Shown here in pieces: positions 25,793 through 37,760 of a stretch of DNA of 64,000 nt. The stretch is from Haliotis rufescens (Eukaryota). Numbering within the stretch: position 1 is the first letter of the stretch; the number at the start of each line of letters is the position of its first letter. A program made the translations under genes and the position numbers. Where the stretch lies: the NCBI RefSeq assembly GCF_023055435.1, contig NW_025964386.1, positions 496,001 through 560,000 of the forward strand, written 5' to 3'. Below the pieces are notes generated by a model, which did no database searches, had not been told where the DNA came from, and saw only the letters and a program-made list of their open reading frames with translations.

Positions 25793-25996
25793 ATTATGGG
25801 GGTCGCAACCATTATTGCCATAAAGACACGCCAAAGACGTTGGGAGTCCACATCCTTGACAAGTAACTTCACCATTCTGTTGGCAGCTAGATGTGGAGGG
25901 ACAAGGGTTCCTAGGCGGCCTTTTTCGACCATGGGCATCTGTGCATGGGCAGCACAGTATCAGTACAGCACAAAGGGCACTCAGGGAAGGGAACAT
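25793..25996 (-). CDS. Secreted EGF-domain protein, coding exon 1 (signal peptide + Cys-rich segment); exon begins at 26061
   Basis: MFPSLSALCAVLILCCPCTDA signal-like peptide; GTAAGT donor, phase 0; ttccacAG acceptor at 26063-26062; four exons sum to 1089 nt = 362 aa + stop. Confidence 0.85.
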
Positions 25997-26795
25997 ATGG
26001 GGAAGAAAGTATTTGCGAAACGTAATCAGACACCAATCCTTCAACTGGACCAGCAGACTGCCTGTGGAATAAGATAGAAATATGTTAAATCTGATAATTT
26101 TCCTCTTTTCTACATATTAAACTTCAACAAGTCATATCCTAATATCATGCACACACATCTATTAATTGTCATATCTTCAGATATCTGAGCGAATGTACCT
26201 GCACAACGAGCTGACCTTGCTTCTGTTGTGCTCTTTCGCTGTTGTTTAAAGCTGCATTCTGCAATATCCCAGCAATGTGATTTATTGCTGTCTGTAAAAT
26301 TACTATGATCTGCCCAAACAAAATCCACTGATTGATATTAAGACCAATGATCCACACCTTAAGAGCGCGCCTGAATGATGCATTTACTTAGGATAGATAA
26401 AATGAATTGATGGGCCTTGAGCTGAAATCTTCGGGGAATATACAGAACTTGCAGCATATTATGATATCAGGTATCTAGTGTAATGTTTTTTTCCCACATT
26501 ACAGATCCATTACAAATGTTATGCATCATTGTCAATTATTATAAGAATCAATCATTTAGGACAAAGGGAGCTGGGTCCCTCACACGTTTGATTTATGTAC
26601 TCAGTAAACACAAATAACCTCATGAGCTTTCCTTTAAGAGCTTCAAGTTACAGTTTCATGGTTAATTGGAAAATGAGGTGAAAAACCTTTAAGGGACTGT
26701 ACATTTGTAGTAAAAAAGAAGCTTTTAGTAACATAGTCTCATAACAGATAGACTTATTAATAACTAACTTCCTTACATTATACGGAACATAAAAT

Positions 26796-26937
26796 NNNNN
26801 NNNNNNNNNNNNNNNNNNNNNNNNNNNNNNNNNNNNNNNNNNNNNNNNNNNNNNNNNNNNNNNNNNNNNNNNNNNNNNNNNNNNNNNNNNNNNNNNNNNN
26901 NNNNNNNNNNNNNNNNNNNNNNNNNNNNNNNNNNNNN
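26796..26937. other. Assembly gap (142 N)
   Basis: Run of N. Confidence 1.
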
Positions 26938-26959
26938 AGGCAGCCATACCTAGCTATAT

Positions 26960-27650
26960 AAGTGCAATAATCTTTGATCGATGTTAAACCCCACTTCACC
27001 TTACCTACAAGCCATCACATTCTATACCTAATACAGTCAATAATATTCTGTACGAATATACAAAACATATCTGATCAGGGCAAACAGGTGGAGCTATGTT
27101 GGGTCTCGTCTCACATAGACATTCATGGAAATGAAAAAGCAGACACTAAACTAAACGGAGATAAACGCTCTAAACTAAACGGAGATACAGCCTATTACCT
27201 TCAACAAATTAGAGAAAAATAGTACATTCAAAGCCCCCATAGCCCCAAAATGACAGGCCCAGTGGGAAGCAAGTAAAATCGGCAGATGTCTATTGAAAAT
27301 TGAATCCCAAATCCACAAAAAGCCATAAAATTGTTCAGCTTGTTTAGCTTGGGTTTTGGCTCTATTTGGGAGTACCAGTGTATCCTTTGTCAAAATGTAG
27401 TCATGGAAAATGGTAGTGAATCTTTACCTTATTCTCTATTCAAGGTATAGTTTGGTACAGGATTGTATCTTAGCTGTGTGACCGTCAATAAACTTAGTTT
27501 GTCGCTTGTCCAGTTTAGATGTTTTTCTCATGAGCTGTGTGTTGAAACTGGGAGAAACGCTAATTTCCCACGAAACATAAGATAATGTTGTTTGTGATGC
27601 TATGTGGAGGACGACTATCATTATCTGTTAGTCTGCTTTGGTTATATCAA
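26960..27650. mobile_element. Degenerate, rearranged I-group LINE RNase H fragments
   Basis: VELCWVSSHIDIHGNEKAD on + strand at 27088-27145. Confidence 0.6.
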
Positions 27651-28419
27651 GTCAAGGGTGGATCACTTATCAAAGACATATTGTGAATATGAAACCAAAC
27701 AAGAAATTGAAATTAATATCCTTCTGTCTACAACTTACTGTAAATCAATTAAACCATTTACTAATTAATTAATTTTCCAAAGAAATTCTATCAATTTCTA
27801 AAACTCAAAAAACAAATTTCATCATATCAATAAAAATACAGTAATCATATCAATACTCAAAATCCCCAAAGATAATATCGCCTACTCACACACGAGTACC
27901 AAAGAGGGGTAGGTGAGCCGAAATTGATGAGACACAAGGCGACCTATCAAACACATTAGCGAAGAAGAAGATTTTTTAAATTGTTTGTATCAATAGCATC
28001 TCACATAGATATCGTAAGACTTGTCACGCGAAGTGACCTGCTGGATTGCTATGAGAGGCTGTACTGTTTCAATGCTATTCATTACAAATACATCTGGGCG
28101 GTTCATTCGCATGATTGCGACTTTTTACGGGTGTAACAACGTAGTATGCTGGTGGTAGTCGCCTTCCTGCGAGTTTCACTCCTGTCCAATTGACTTTAAA
28201 CATTGAGAGGTGACTGTGTTTTCGGAAGTTAAGTCTTGCTTTTGGGTAGAGCCGTATCAAAAGTAGACAGCAGCAGGAAATTATGTTTTCCAGGTTATAT
28301 TTCTTGTTCTGTTTGAACGATATGTATTACAAATACATCTGCTAACGTTGGGTATTGGTGGCCCAGTCGCATGTGCAAAGTTGCAGCCGTTAGGCGTGCC
28401 AGAGACATACGTTCGCTGT

Positions 28420-28590
28420 GATAATGTTTCGAGGCTTTAAAGCTCCATACGCATGCCCGTGGGTGTCACCAAAATGATAAATGCCTGAGACCTGCTATCC
28501 TCCCACATTAAAATAAGTACTGACACGCCCAGATATACATATAACTGAAATACTGTTCAATGGGAATGAAACCCAGCTTACTCGCTCGCT
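28420..28590 (+). mobile_element. Old SINE-like element; paralogous copy at 34410-34575
   Basis: GTGGGTGTCACC..TCCTCCCACA..ACTGAAATACTGTT..AAACCC..ACTC shared by both copies. Confidence 0.6.
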
Positions 28591-28598
28591 GTACATAC

Positions 28599-28712
28599 GT
28601 TACTGCTATCCAACGATGAAGTTAGGAATAATGTAACTGATCCAGTGCAGTTCTTTAATACTGCCACGCCAAAGAAATAACCACGGGATGGTGAAATCTG
28701 TTACTGACACCT
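28599..28712 (-). promoter_or_regulatory. Putative upstream non-coding exon of the EGF gene; paralogues at ~34590 and 41095-41240
   Basis: GTATGT donor; donor position conserved (GTAAGA, GTAAAG) in the paralogues; the 26061 acceptor needs an upstream exon. Confidence 0.4.
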
Positions 28713-29974
28713 GAAAGGTAATCAATCTTGCCGTCAGTCGGATGCGTTGCACGGCTAATCCCGGACGTGTAATTGTTAAATATGTTTAGGTATCCATATC
28801 ATATGACGGTCTCGCGATCAGTGTCTTATTGGTGTGACGAATTTGGGGTCATCTGCTTTCACAACTCAATCATTGTAGGGACGCGTATATCCTAATGTTA
28901 GAGTTTAATTGAGTACATGTTTTCTATAGATGCGTATTAGTGCCATATTCCAAACAAAATACTCACATCTACGTAGAAGATACTTTCATCCTATCTTTAC
29001 TCAGACAGTGATACTGTCTTGTGAAGTTGCGACCCTGGAAGGATAAAGATTATGCAAGCATTCAGATTTTAGATAAGGATGATTACGTAATTACTGTTAA
29101 TATATAAAACTGTTTGCGACCATGATGGTCCTTAATTTACAAATGGCCTTTTCCGTATTTTTACAACTTACTGATTCATTTAAAATAGTCAAACTATCAG
29201 CTCTAAAATAAAAACACAAATAAATGTATTTAACACGATTGCATTTAACACTGCAGAATTGTACCCCCAGTGCTCCATATGATGATGCGTATTAGTTTAA
29301 TAAAACATATATGGCTTGAGTGATTCTCACTTCTCCATATTCACTTTCACGTCATAAACTGCCTAAGTGTTGGAGCGTCCGGGAATACGATACCCGGCCG
29401 CGTCATACCAAACAACGTTAAAAGATTGTGCTTGTTGTTACCCGGTCTGACGCCTGACACTCGATGGTGGGTGGGGAGCAGGGATACAAAACTACTTCCT
29501 TTCATTATGTCTAAACAACAATCTGGTTCGAAAAGAAAACATGGTTCGAAAAGAAAACACCTAGATGCCAGCTCATCTGATGACAAAACTGATATCAAAT
29601 TAGATTCCTGGGCTCGATTGATAGTAATCGAGGCTTCTGATCATCAACCTTTGAAATTGAACCCGCATATTATTTCTAAGGCAATCAGTGGTTGTTGTGG
29701 TATGGTTGAAAATGTTACCCGCCTCCGTAATGACTTCATACTTGTGGAATGTGCCAGGAAACAGCAACCTCTGAACTTGCTATCAGTCAGCCAATTGGCA
29801 AATGTGGAGGTTGCTGTCTCGGCACACAGAACGCTGAACTCGTGTCGGGGAATTGTAAGAGACAGAGCCCGATATCTATCTGACATGAGCGAACTGACAA
29901 AACAAGGCGTTACAGCTGTCAAAGGTTTCACACGAAAACAAAATGACCAAATTATCAAGACTCACACTTATCTA

Positions 29975-31514
29975 TACTCAAATTAAGTGAAATTAAAAAC
30001 TTCAGATTTTTAAAAGTAATCCCATATATGATAAACAGCCGACAAATGTATCAGAGAAGGTAATTTTTAATCATTAATGTCCAAATAAGGATTTTAATTA
30101 ACGGTGCTAACCATAATTTGTTCCAAGCACCTACGGTATTCGGTAATAACATCAACAGTTTAAATCATAAGTCCCAAGTACGAGAATCTGATGGCACACA
30201 AGTTCAGTAGCGTGTATGGCCACCATGTGCGTTGACAACTGCCACACAACGCCTCCGCAAGGACCTTGTGATGCTTGTGAACACATGATTGGGAAGACGA
30301 CGCCATTGTTGCTGCAAAATGGTGCCAAGATCTTGCAAATTCTGTGGTTGGTTCTGGAGAGTGCGCAGACTTCTGCCAAGAGCATCCCAGACGTGTTCGA
30401 TGGGATTGAGGTCGGGAGACCTTGACGGCCAGTCCATGACGTTGACTCCCGCATTCTGAAGGAAATTCCTTGTCAAAATTGCTGTGTGGGGTCTGGCATT
30501 GTCGTGTTGGAAGATCAAACCGGGTCCATGTGCTGCCATAAAAGGCAGAAGTTCTGGTGCCAGTACCTGGTCGCGGTGAGCAGCAGCGTTGAGGTTGCCA
30601 CGGATGACAAGAAGCCTGGAACGTGCATTGCCACAGAAAGCACCCCACAACATGACACTTCCGCCTCGAAATCTGTCAACTTCCTGTACACAACACTGGG
30701 CGTAACGTTCATGACGGCGCCTCCACACCCTCGCCCTACCATCAGTAAATCGAAGATTAAATCGGGATTCATCACTGAAGACGACTTGATTCCAATTCCT
30801 CTGAGTCCATCGTAAGTGTGTCTGTGCCCACAATTGACGTTGACGTCTGTGTAATTGAGAATCGGCCCGCAGTATGGCCGTCGTGCTTGAAGGTGAGCAG
30901 TTCTCAGACGGTTTCGAACGGTTTGCGCACTCAGTCTACCCCTAAACAGTTCATTTCTGGTTGATGTAGCCGTCAAAAATCGGTTACGGAGGTGACGTAA
31001 GACAATCTGACGATCCTCTGCATGTGGCGTCACACGTGGTCGACCTGGCCGAGGCCGATCAACGGTGGTACCCGTTTGCTGTAGACGCTTCTGTAAATCA
31101 TAAACAGTCCGTCGACTACAACCCATCGTCCTTGCGACTTCAGCTACGGACGTTCCCGTCTGCAACATGCCGATGGCACGTTCACGTTGCACATTTGAAT
31201 GGCGTGGCATGACAAACATGCGGCCGTAAAGACTTTTGTTTTCTTGTGTTTTTCTTTTTTTGTTAATGACTGCTAACAAGTATGGCTGAAAACACGTGCG
31301 GTATTATGGCCACGTGACAGGTTGCACGTGAAAAAACACTTTTGCCCTTATAGTGCTGTGCACATGATTTTGATCGATTCACCTGCACAAAAACGGGTGT
31401 TATCTGAAGACCATACGTGGCCATTACTGTTTAAATACACAATAAGGGCCCACAATGATAACTAGTCAAAATGTTACAATTTTAGGATTGTGAAGTTATT
31501 AATTTGGTTCAGTA
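29975..31514 (-). mobile_element. Tc1 (DD34E) transposon inserted at TA in Nimb ORF1; transposase 31210-30204 with one frameshift
   Basis: TA TSDs at 29973-4 and 31515-6; removing it restores host ..THTYLFTFSLSKIP; FSDESRF, QHDNARPH, SPDLNPIEHVW; left TIR damaged. Confidence 0.95.
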
Positions 31515-32572
31515 TATTTACTTTTTCCCTTTCTAAAATTCCAACATCTATCAAAGCTGGATATTTTAAAATCGGAGTGGAGATTAATGTGCCAAACCCA
31601 CTCCGATGTTACAAATGTAAACATTTTGGGCACGGTAATAAGACCTTCACTCTCAATACAATCTGTGCCCGCTGCAGTGGGTCACATAAGAGTACTGAGT
31701 GCACAGCTGCCATAAAATGTGCCAATTGCAAGGGGGGCCATTTGGTCTCAGCTAAACTCTGCCCAGCATTTCTTCTTCAATCACAAGTGTTAAAAATCAA
31801 ACACACAAACAATATATCTTTTCCTGAAGCTAAAAAATAGTTCAGTCACAGTCTCCAAATACCTCAGTTAAATCTTACGCTGCCACAGCAGCCACAGTAT
31901 CTGTAGGATGCCAAACAACCATCTCCTGGGTTGGTAATCAGCAGATTCTAAATGACACTACGGCTCAATCATCTCCAAACGAAACAAGAACAACATCAGC
32001 TTCACAGACGGAACTAGTGGAATCCTAAAAAAACATCACAATCAGAATCATCTCCTATTCATGGAGACATACATCTAGCTAGGTCAAATCCCCATACAAG
32101 CATTATAGGCAAGCTCCTAGAAGATTTTATTTCCAACAATACTTTATGCCTTTTTAATAATTCAAAAACATATTTACATCCTGGTACAGGCACATACTCT
32201 TCTTTGGATTTGTCTGTTACCAATTCCAACCTGCTGAATGAATTTGAGTGGAAGTGACCACTTTCCAATCATATTAAACCCTATTACCCCATCAGATGTT
32301 CCTCCATCATATCGATGGAACTTTACTAAAGCAAACTGGCCTCTATATGACATTCTCTGTACAGGCAAACTAACACCTGATCGCTTTACTGACGTTCCTG
32401 ACCCTATACAATGCTTTTCTGATGAACTTACCAAAATAGCTGAAGAATGTGTTCCAAAGTCCTCTGCAATTTTTCTACATACGTAAACCATGGTTTAACG
32501 ATGACTGTAAACAAGCTAGGAAGGCGAGGAAAAAGGCTGAACGTTATTTCCGCCTCCATCCGATGGTCCACA

Positions 32573-32750
32573 ATTAAATCGGGATTCATCACTGAAGACG
32601 ACTTGATTCCAATTCCTCTGAGTCCATCGTAAGTGTGTCTGTGCCCACAATTGACGTTGACGTCTGTGTAATTGAGAATCGGCCCGCAGTATGGCCGTCG
32701 TGCTTGAAGGTGAGCAGTTCTCAGACGGTTTCGAACGGTTTGCGCACTCA
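32573..32750. repeat. 178-bp copy of 30756-30933 (Tc1 internal) inserted in Nimb ORF2
   Basis: Same orientation, apparently identical including the frameshift. Confidence 0.9.
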
Positions 32751-34590
32751 ATTTAAAATGTTAAACGCTAAAGCAAGGCGAACATTCAGAGGTGAGGATC
32801 CTCCATTGTGTATCCGTTGTGATGAAAGAATCACGGTCAAGCATGTCCTGCTTGACTGTGTTGATTTTTCCATCACAAGGGATATTTATTTCAAATCATC
32901 GTCTCTTAAGGATTTTTTAAATAGAATAAGTTCTCAATTAATCGTTAGTTTTTTAAAAGATGTTGAACTTCTTGATAAATTTTGAAATGTGTATATCGTT
33001 ATATTTTATAATATTGGTAGTGTATAATTTGTAACTTGGATGGTTAGTGGCTTTACCCCCAAAGGGGGTTGAAGTAGCGTAAAATTATTGTCCCCCTGAG
33101 AGGATATGTAAGACCACATCCTTCAAGTACCTTTATTCATGCCACATTTTAAAACGTAGTTTGTTTGTTCTTTTAATTGATGGCTAAAATCCGTATCATC
33201 ACCAGCAGCTGAAGGGATGGTGTAAATCCTGCTGGGGAACCGTGCAGGTAGCTTAAGTATCGTAAGTCCCCATGGTCCCTAGTATGGTGGCCTAACTTTG
33301 GTTGCTAGTACTATAGCCCGTTTTTATATTGTACTGTTGAATGATAATGTATTCTTTTAACTATTCTCAGCTAGTTTTAAAATCGAAACTGGGATACTTA
33401 AGATCTTATACTGTCCATCGTTGACAGCTTTTTATTGAATCTAAATATAATTATTACATAACTGTTTCGTCACGATATGGCTGCAATATTGCCGATGTGA
33501 CTTTAAATCTCACTCACTCACTCACTCATTTCACCTCACCCACCTCTTACGCCTAGATTCAGTAATGGAGAATTCATGAGAATCAACCCTAATTTTGCGA
33601 ACATTTTGCATCATGACTTATTCTTGCGTCAGTTTTGCTATCCCAAAATGTACATTCAGAGTTATATGAATTCATGCTTCAGAATCAACTACAAAAACAA
33701 AAGCGTGACTTCATCATAATGTTTTAATTTAAGAACGGTTAATTACTTTTAAAACAATTTTCAATATTTTGAAAACTATATTGGCTTTGTAGTTTTGAGA
33801 ACATGTCCTACTCTCATCCTTGCCGCATGCAAACCGCCACGCCCCTCACGTTTAGGTTCACGGATGTAACCCTTTGTGGACCTTTAACAACCTTTCATGA
33901 ATGGAAGGCCAAGTTAGAAAATCAGCCAAGCAGAAAATATGTAGTCGGTCGTATATCACATAACCAGTCTGGACTTGGCCTGGTGATAGTCTCTGGTCAG
34001 TATACGTGACTTCGACACATTTAATTGAAGACTTTCTGTATTTTGTGTTGAAATAGTTCCTCATAAAAGACAGGGCAAAGTTGAAAATTAGAACTTACTT
34101 CTATAGCGTTGAGTTAACGTCTTTTGTTTTTACACATCAGCTCTGATCTTTCACGGCAACCTTCGTCCCCGTCTCATGCGAAAAGTCACTTTAGTTTCGA
34201 GGATTGATCATTGTGTACACGTATGTTATCTGTCTCATCAATTGATTCATCTGATTTTTGGCTTGCATTCCACTCTGGTCAGTAATGATAATATCACCAA
34301 GCTCTCACGCATAACTGGTGATAAATTGGTTAGGATCATTCACATACCCCACCCTGAAACAGCAGCATTTCGCAAGTGTGAATCTCAATTCCGAATTTGT
34401 TTGTTGACTGTTTCTAGGTTTGTGAAAGCCATACCCGTGCATGTGGGTTTCACCAAAATGGTAAGGGTTGAAGACCGCCTTCCTCCAACATCAAAATAGG
34501 TGCTGACACGCCCTGATATACATGTAACTGATATACTGTTCAATCGGCATGAAACCCAACTCACTCACACTCTCGCTGTTCTTACGTTAC

Positions 34591-35609
34591 TGAAACAGTC
34601 TGTTTTAAGGACCGTTTATGCCTAGGATTGTGGGGAATTAACTCCGGGATCTCCACGCCTTCAAAAACAGAGACAGAGATGTTCTCAGGTGAAATGCAGG
34701 AATCTGTATTATATATGATCTCAGAGGCAACAACATACTGTCAAACAAAGTATTCCATTTTATAGTTAATAGTTAAGACATGATAATGAGCAATTTACTA
34801 GTAAAGCATTTAGACAATGAAATTACTAGTTAAGAAATGATAATGAGTTATATAAGAGTGGACTCATTATGGTACCATATTATAAGCGCCATGGTCACTT
34901 AAGGAGATAGAAGGGGGCCAGTGTAAGCACATGGTGCACTGCGCATTGACATCATGACGCATGGCATTAAGTCTGCCGAAGTGGACTGATCAGAGTCACA
35001 ATAAGCTCTGAGTGCCTGCTCAATGGTCCTATTACGTCTTTCACACATGCCATTGGTTTCAGGATGATATGATGACGTCAGATGGTGCTTGATGTCCAAC
35101 AATTCACACATCGCATTGACAAGTTTCGAAGTGAACTGCCGACCTCTATCAGAAAGAAAGGTTTTGGGAGCCCCACAGCGAGTAATGACCTGGTTGAAAA
35201 GAATTTTGGCTACCTCAGTGGCACCCTGAGTCTTCATAGCACAGCCTTCAGTCCAACGAGAAAAAGAGTAAACTACCAGCAGGACATATCACTAATTGAA
35301 ACAGTCTCTTTTAAGGACCGTTTATGCCTAGAATTGTTGTGGGGAATTTACTCCGGGGTCTCCACGCCTTCAAAAACAGACAGAGAAGTTCTCAGGTGAA
35401 ATGCAGGAATGCAGGAATTTTTATTATATACGATCTCAGAGGCAACGACATACAGTCAAACAACATCTATTTTCATTTTATAGTTACTAGTTAAGACACG
35501 ATAATGTGCAATTAACTAGGTATTGAAATTAATAGTTAAGAAATGATAATGATTTATATAAGAGTGGACTCATTATGGTACCATATTATAAGCGCCATGG
35601 TCACTTACA
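34591..35609 (-). mobile_element. Miniature/internally deleted Ty3/gypsy element: two ~310-bp LTRs around an integrase core
   Basis: Direct repeats 34591-34901 and 35297-35609 (TG..CA); YVLLVV(Y)SFSRW, LSDRG, YHPETNGMCER (D-35-E); no TSD found. Confidence 0.85.
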
Positions 35610-35970
35610 ACTTTGTGCTCAGTGAATGTCAATCATATTCATAACTTACATCATTCATAAATTCAGTTAAAATATGGACATGAACGATGATCTTACAATA
35701 TTCTTCTTGTACAATGAATTCACCATTACAGTATAGTAAAATACCTTCACTTAATAATTCATTCCGAATATTCTTAAATTTAATTACCTCATATTTTGAA
35801 TACAAGTGATAACTAAGTGGAGTACATTACTGCTGCCTTGTTGAAAATATTACCATGATAACATAGTCGTTGTACCAGGGCAACTGCGGCACAGAAACTT
35901 GGGCTTAAGCTGGGCGCCACGGTACGTGCACCAGGTGAGCAATGGCTGACGGCTGAGCGTGTAACTGTTA

Positions 35971-37503
35971 TATACTGAACCGCAAAAGAAACGTCACCCA
36001 AAGTAACATTGCATGAAACGTTGTCATTTAAATATCTGGGTAATTTTTGTCAAAGTTTCTAAAATTTAACATTACCTTGTCCGGAAAAATGAAATTTTAT
36101 AATAAAAAAACAAAGCAGATGACAATAAAACCGATCGCCCAAACGCATCAAGACAATGGCCATGGTAACCTGATGCAAGTGAGTTCCGTGCAAATTGAAT
36201 GCACATGCATTCCCACATTTCTTGCCCTATGAAATTCCACCCAGATCGGATAACATTCATTCGTTATTGAAATGCTACCACATGCCAAGATTGACAAGAA
36301 ATCAGCGACACCAAGCCCTTGGACGATTGCAAGCTGGGCAAACCGCCCGGCAAGTAGCCAATGCATTTCAATGCACGTAAGGACCATATAAAGGCTCCGG
36401 CAACGGTACCAGACCACCAACACTACAGATGACCAACCACATAGTGGAAGACCAAGGGTCACCACCCGACGTCAGGATCTTCAGATTGTGCGACAGCGTC
36501 TTCAAGATCGCTTTGTTACTGCTGCGGAAACTGCTCGACAGACCATGGGGACACACCAGCGACACATCAGTGTGGACACCGTGCATCGACGATTGACGAG
36601 CAGATACCTCGACTGTCACAGGCCACACCGAGGACCCATTCTGACACAACGTCATCGCCGGGACCGTCTTCAGTGGGCAACACAGCACCAGCATTGGCGC
36701 CACCATCAGTGGAGAAGAGTCCTCTTCTCAGACGAAAGCCGATATTGTATCTCAACAGCAGCGGCGGAGAGAGTGAATCTGGCGACGCCGTGGGAAACGT
36801 TATTCGGATGCTTGTGTTGTTGAGAGAGACTCATGGGGTGGTCCAGGCATCATGGTGTGGGGTGGAATTGGTCTTGCACAGAGGGTCGGCCCTGTGGTCT
36901 TCCAGAACATCGGTCCAGGGATAGACAATGGTGTCACAGCAGCTCGGTACATTGATCAATTCTTGAGACCACACGCCATACCTCATTTGGCACGTCGCCG
37001 CAACCACGGGTTTCAGCATGATAACGCCCGTGCCCACACTGCAAGAGCAACCAGGGACTTCCTCCAGCAGAATGGCATCAGAACCATGCAGTGGCCTGTC
37101 CTCAGTCCCGATTTAAATCCCATTGGACACCTGTAGGACAAGATTCAAAGACGGCTGAATGACGTCCGACCAAGGCCGACAACTGCAGCTGAACTGCGTC
37201 AGGCGTTCCTCGGAGTGTGGGCTCAAGTGACTATGGCCTTCATCAACCGCTTTACCCATTCCATGTATCGACGTTGCAAGGCAGTCATCAATACACATGG
37301 CGGACACACGAGATACTGACTTGTGATGCCATTTTCTCAGAGACTAGTGTTGTGTTTCACTTTAAGAACATTTGACACTTTCATTTCAACCTTGGTGATC
37401 AGTTTTGCTAAGTTTCATCGTTTTAATATGTCTCAAAGTATGTTTACAGTGTTTGGACAAATAAGGTTTGTCCATGGTGACGTTTCTTTTGCGGTTCAGT
37501 ATA
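35971..37503 (+). mobile_element. Tc1 transposon with intact TIRs, transposase (36282-37319) disrupted
   Basis: TIR TATACTGAACCGCAAAAGAAACGTCACC at both ends in TA context; FSDESR, QHDNARAH, SPDLNPIGHL. Confidence 0.95.
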
Positions 37504-37760
37504 TATGAGACTGCCACTGAAATGCCTGTATCTTTATAGACTATTCTACAATATGAAACACAAAATCTACCGGCGCTTCACGATAGTGCGGATGCACTTA
37601 TATGACAAATATTTATAAGACATTGCCAAGTCTGTGCGCATTTAGCTACAGAAACAGTTTTACTTTTCGTGCATTGTATTCCAGACATATACGGTCACAG
37701 ACTGGTTATCTTCAAATAAATACATTTAGCTATGCTACTCATTAATATTGAACCATGAAA

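Larger units (their letters stand above)
29355..33528 (+). mobile_element. Nimb-like (I-group) LINE with gag-like ORF1; ORF2 largely deleted; (CACT)n tail
   Basis: ORF1 from ATG 29507 (HRTLNSCRG, PNPLRCYKCKHFGH, CARC..H, CANCKGGH); APE remnant SLDLS..GSDHFPI; C-terminal C..C..TVKHVLLDC; tail CACGATATGGCTGCAATATTGCCGATG. Confidence 0.9.

Noticed and set aside
29975-37503. Fanzor/TnpB or other cargo nuclease in the Tc1 elements
   Set aside because: Both are ~1.5 kb, and the transposase plus short flanks account for the whole length.
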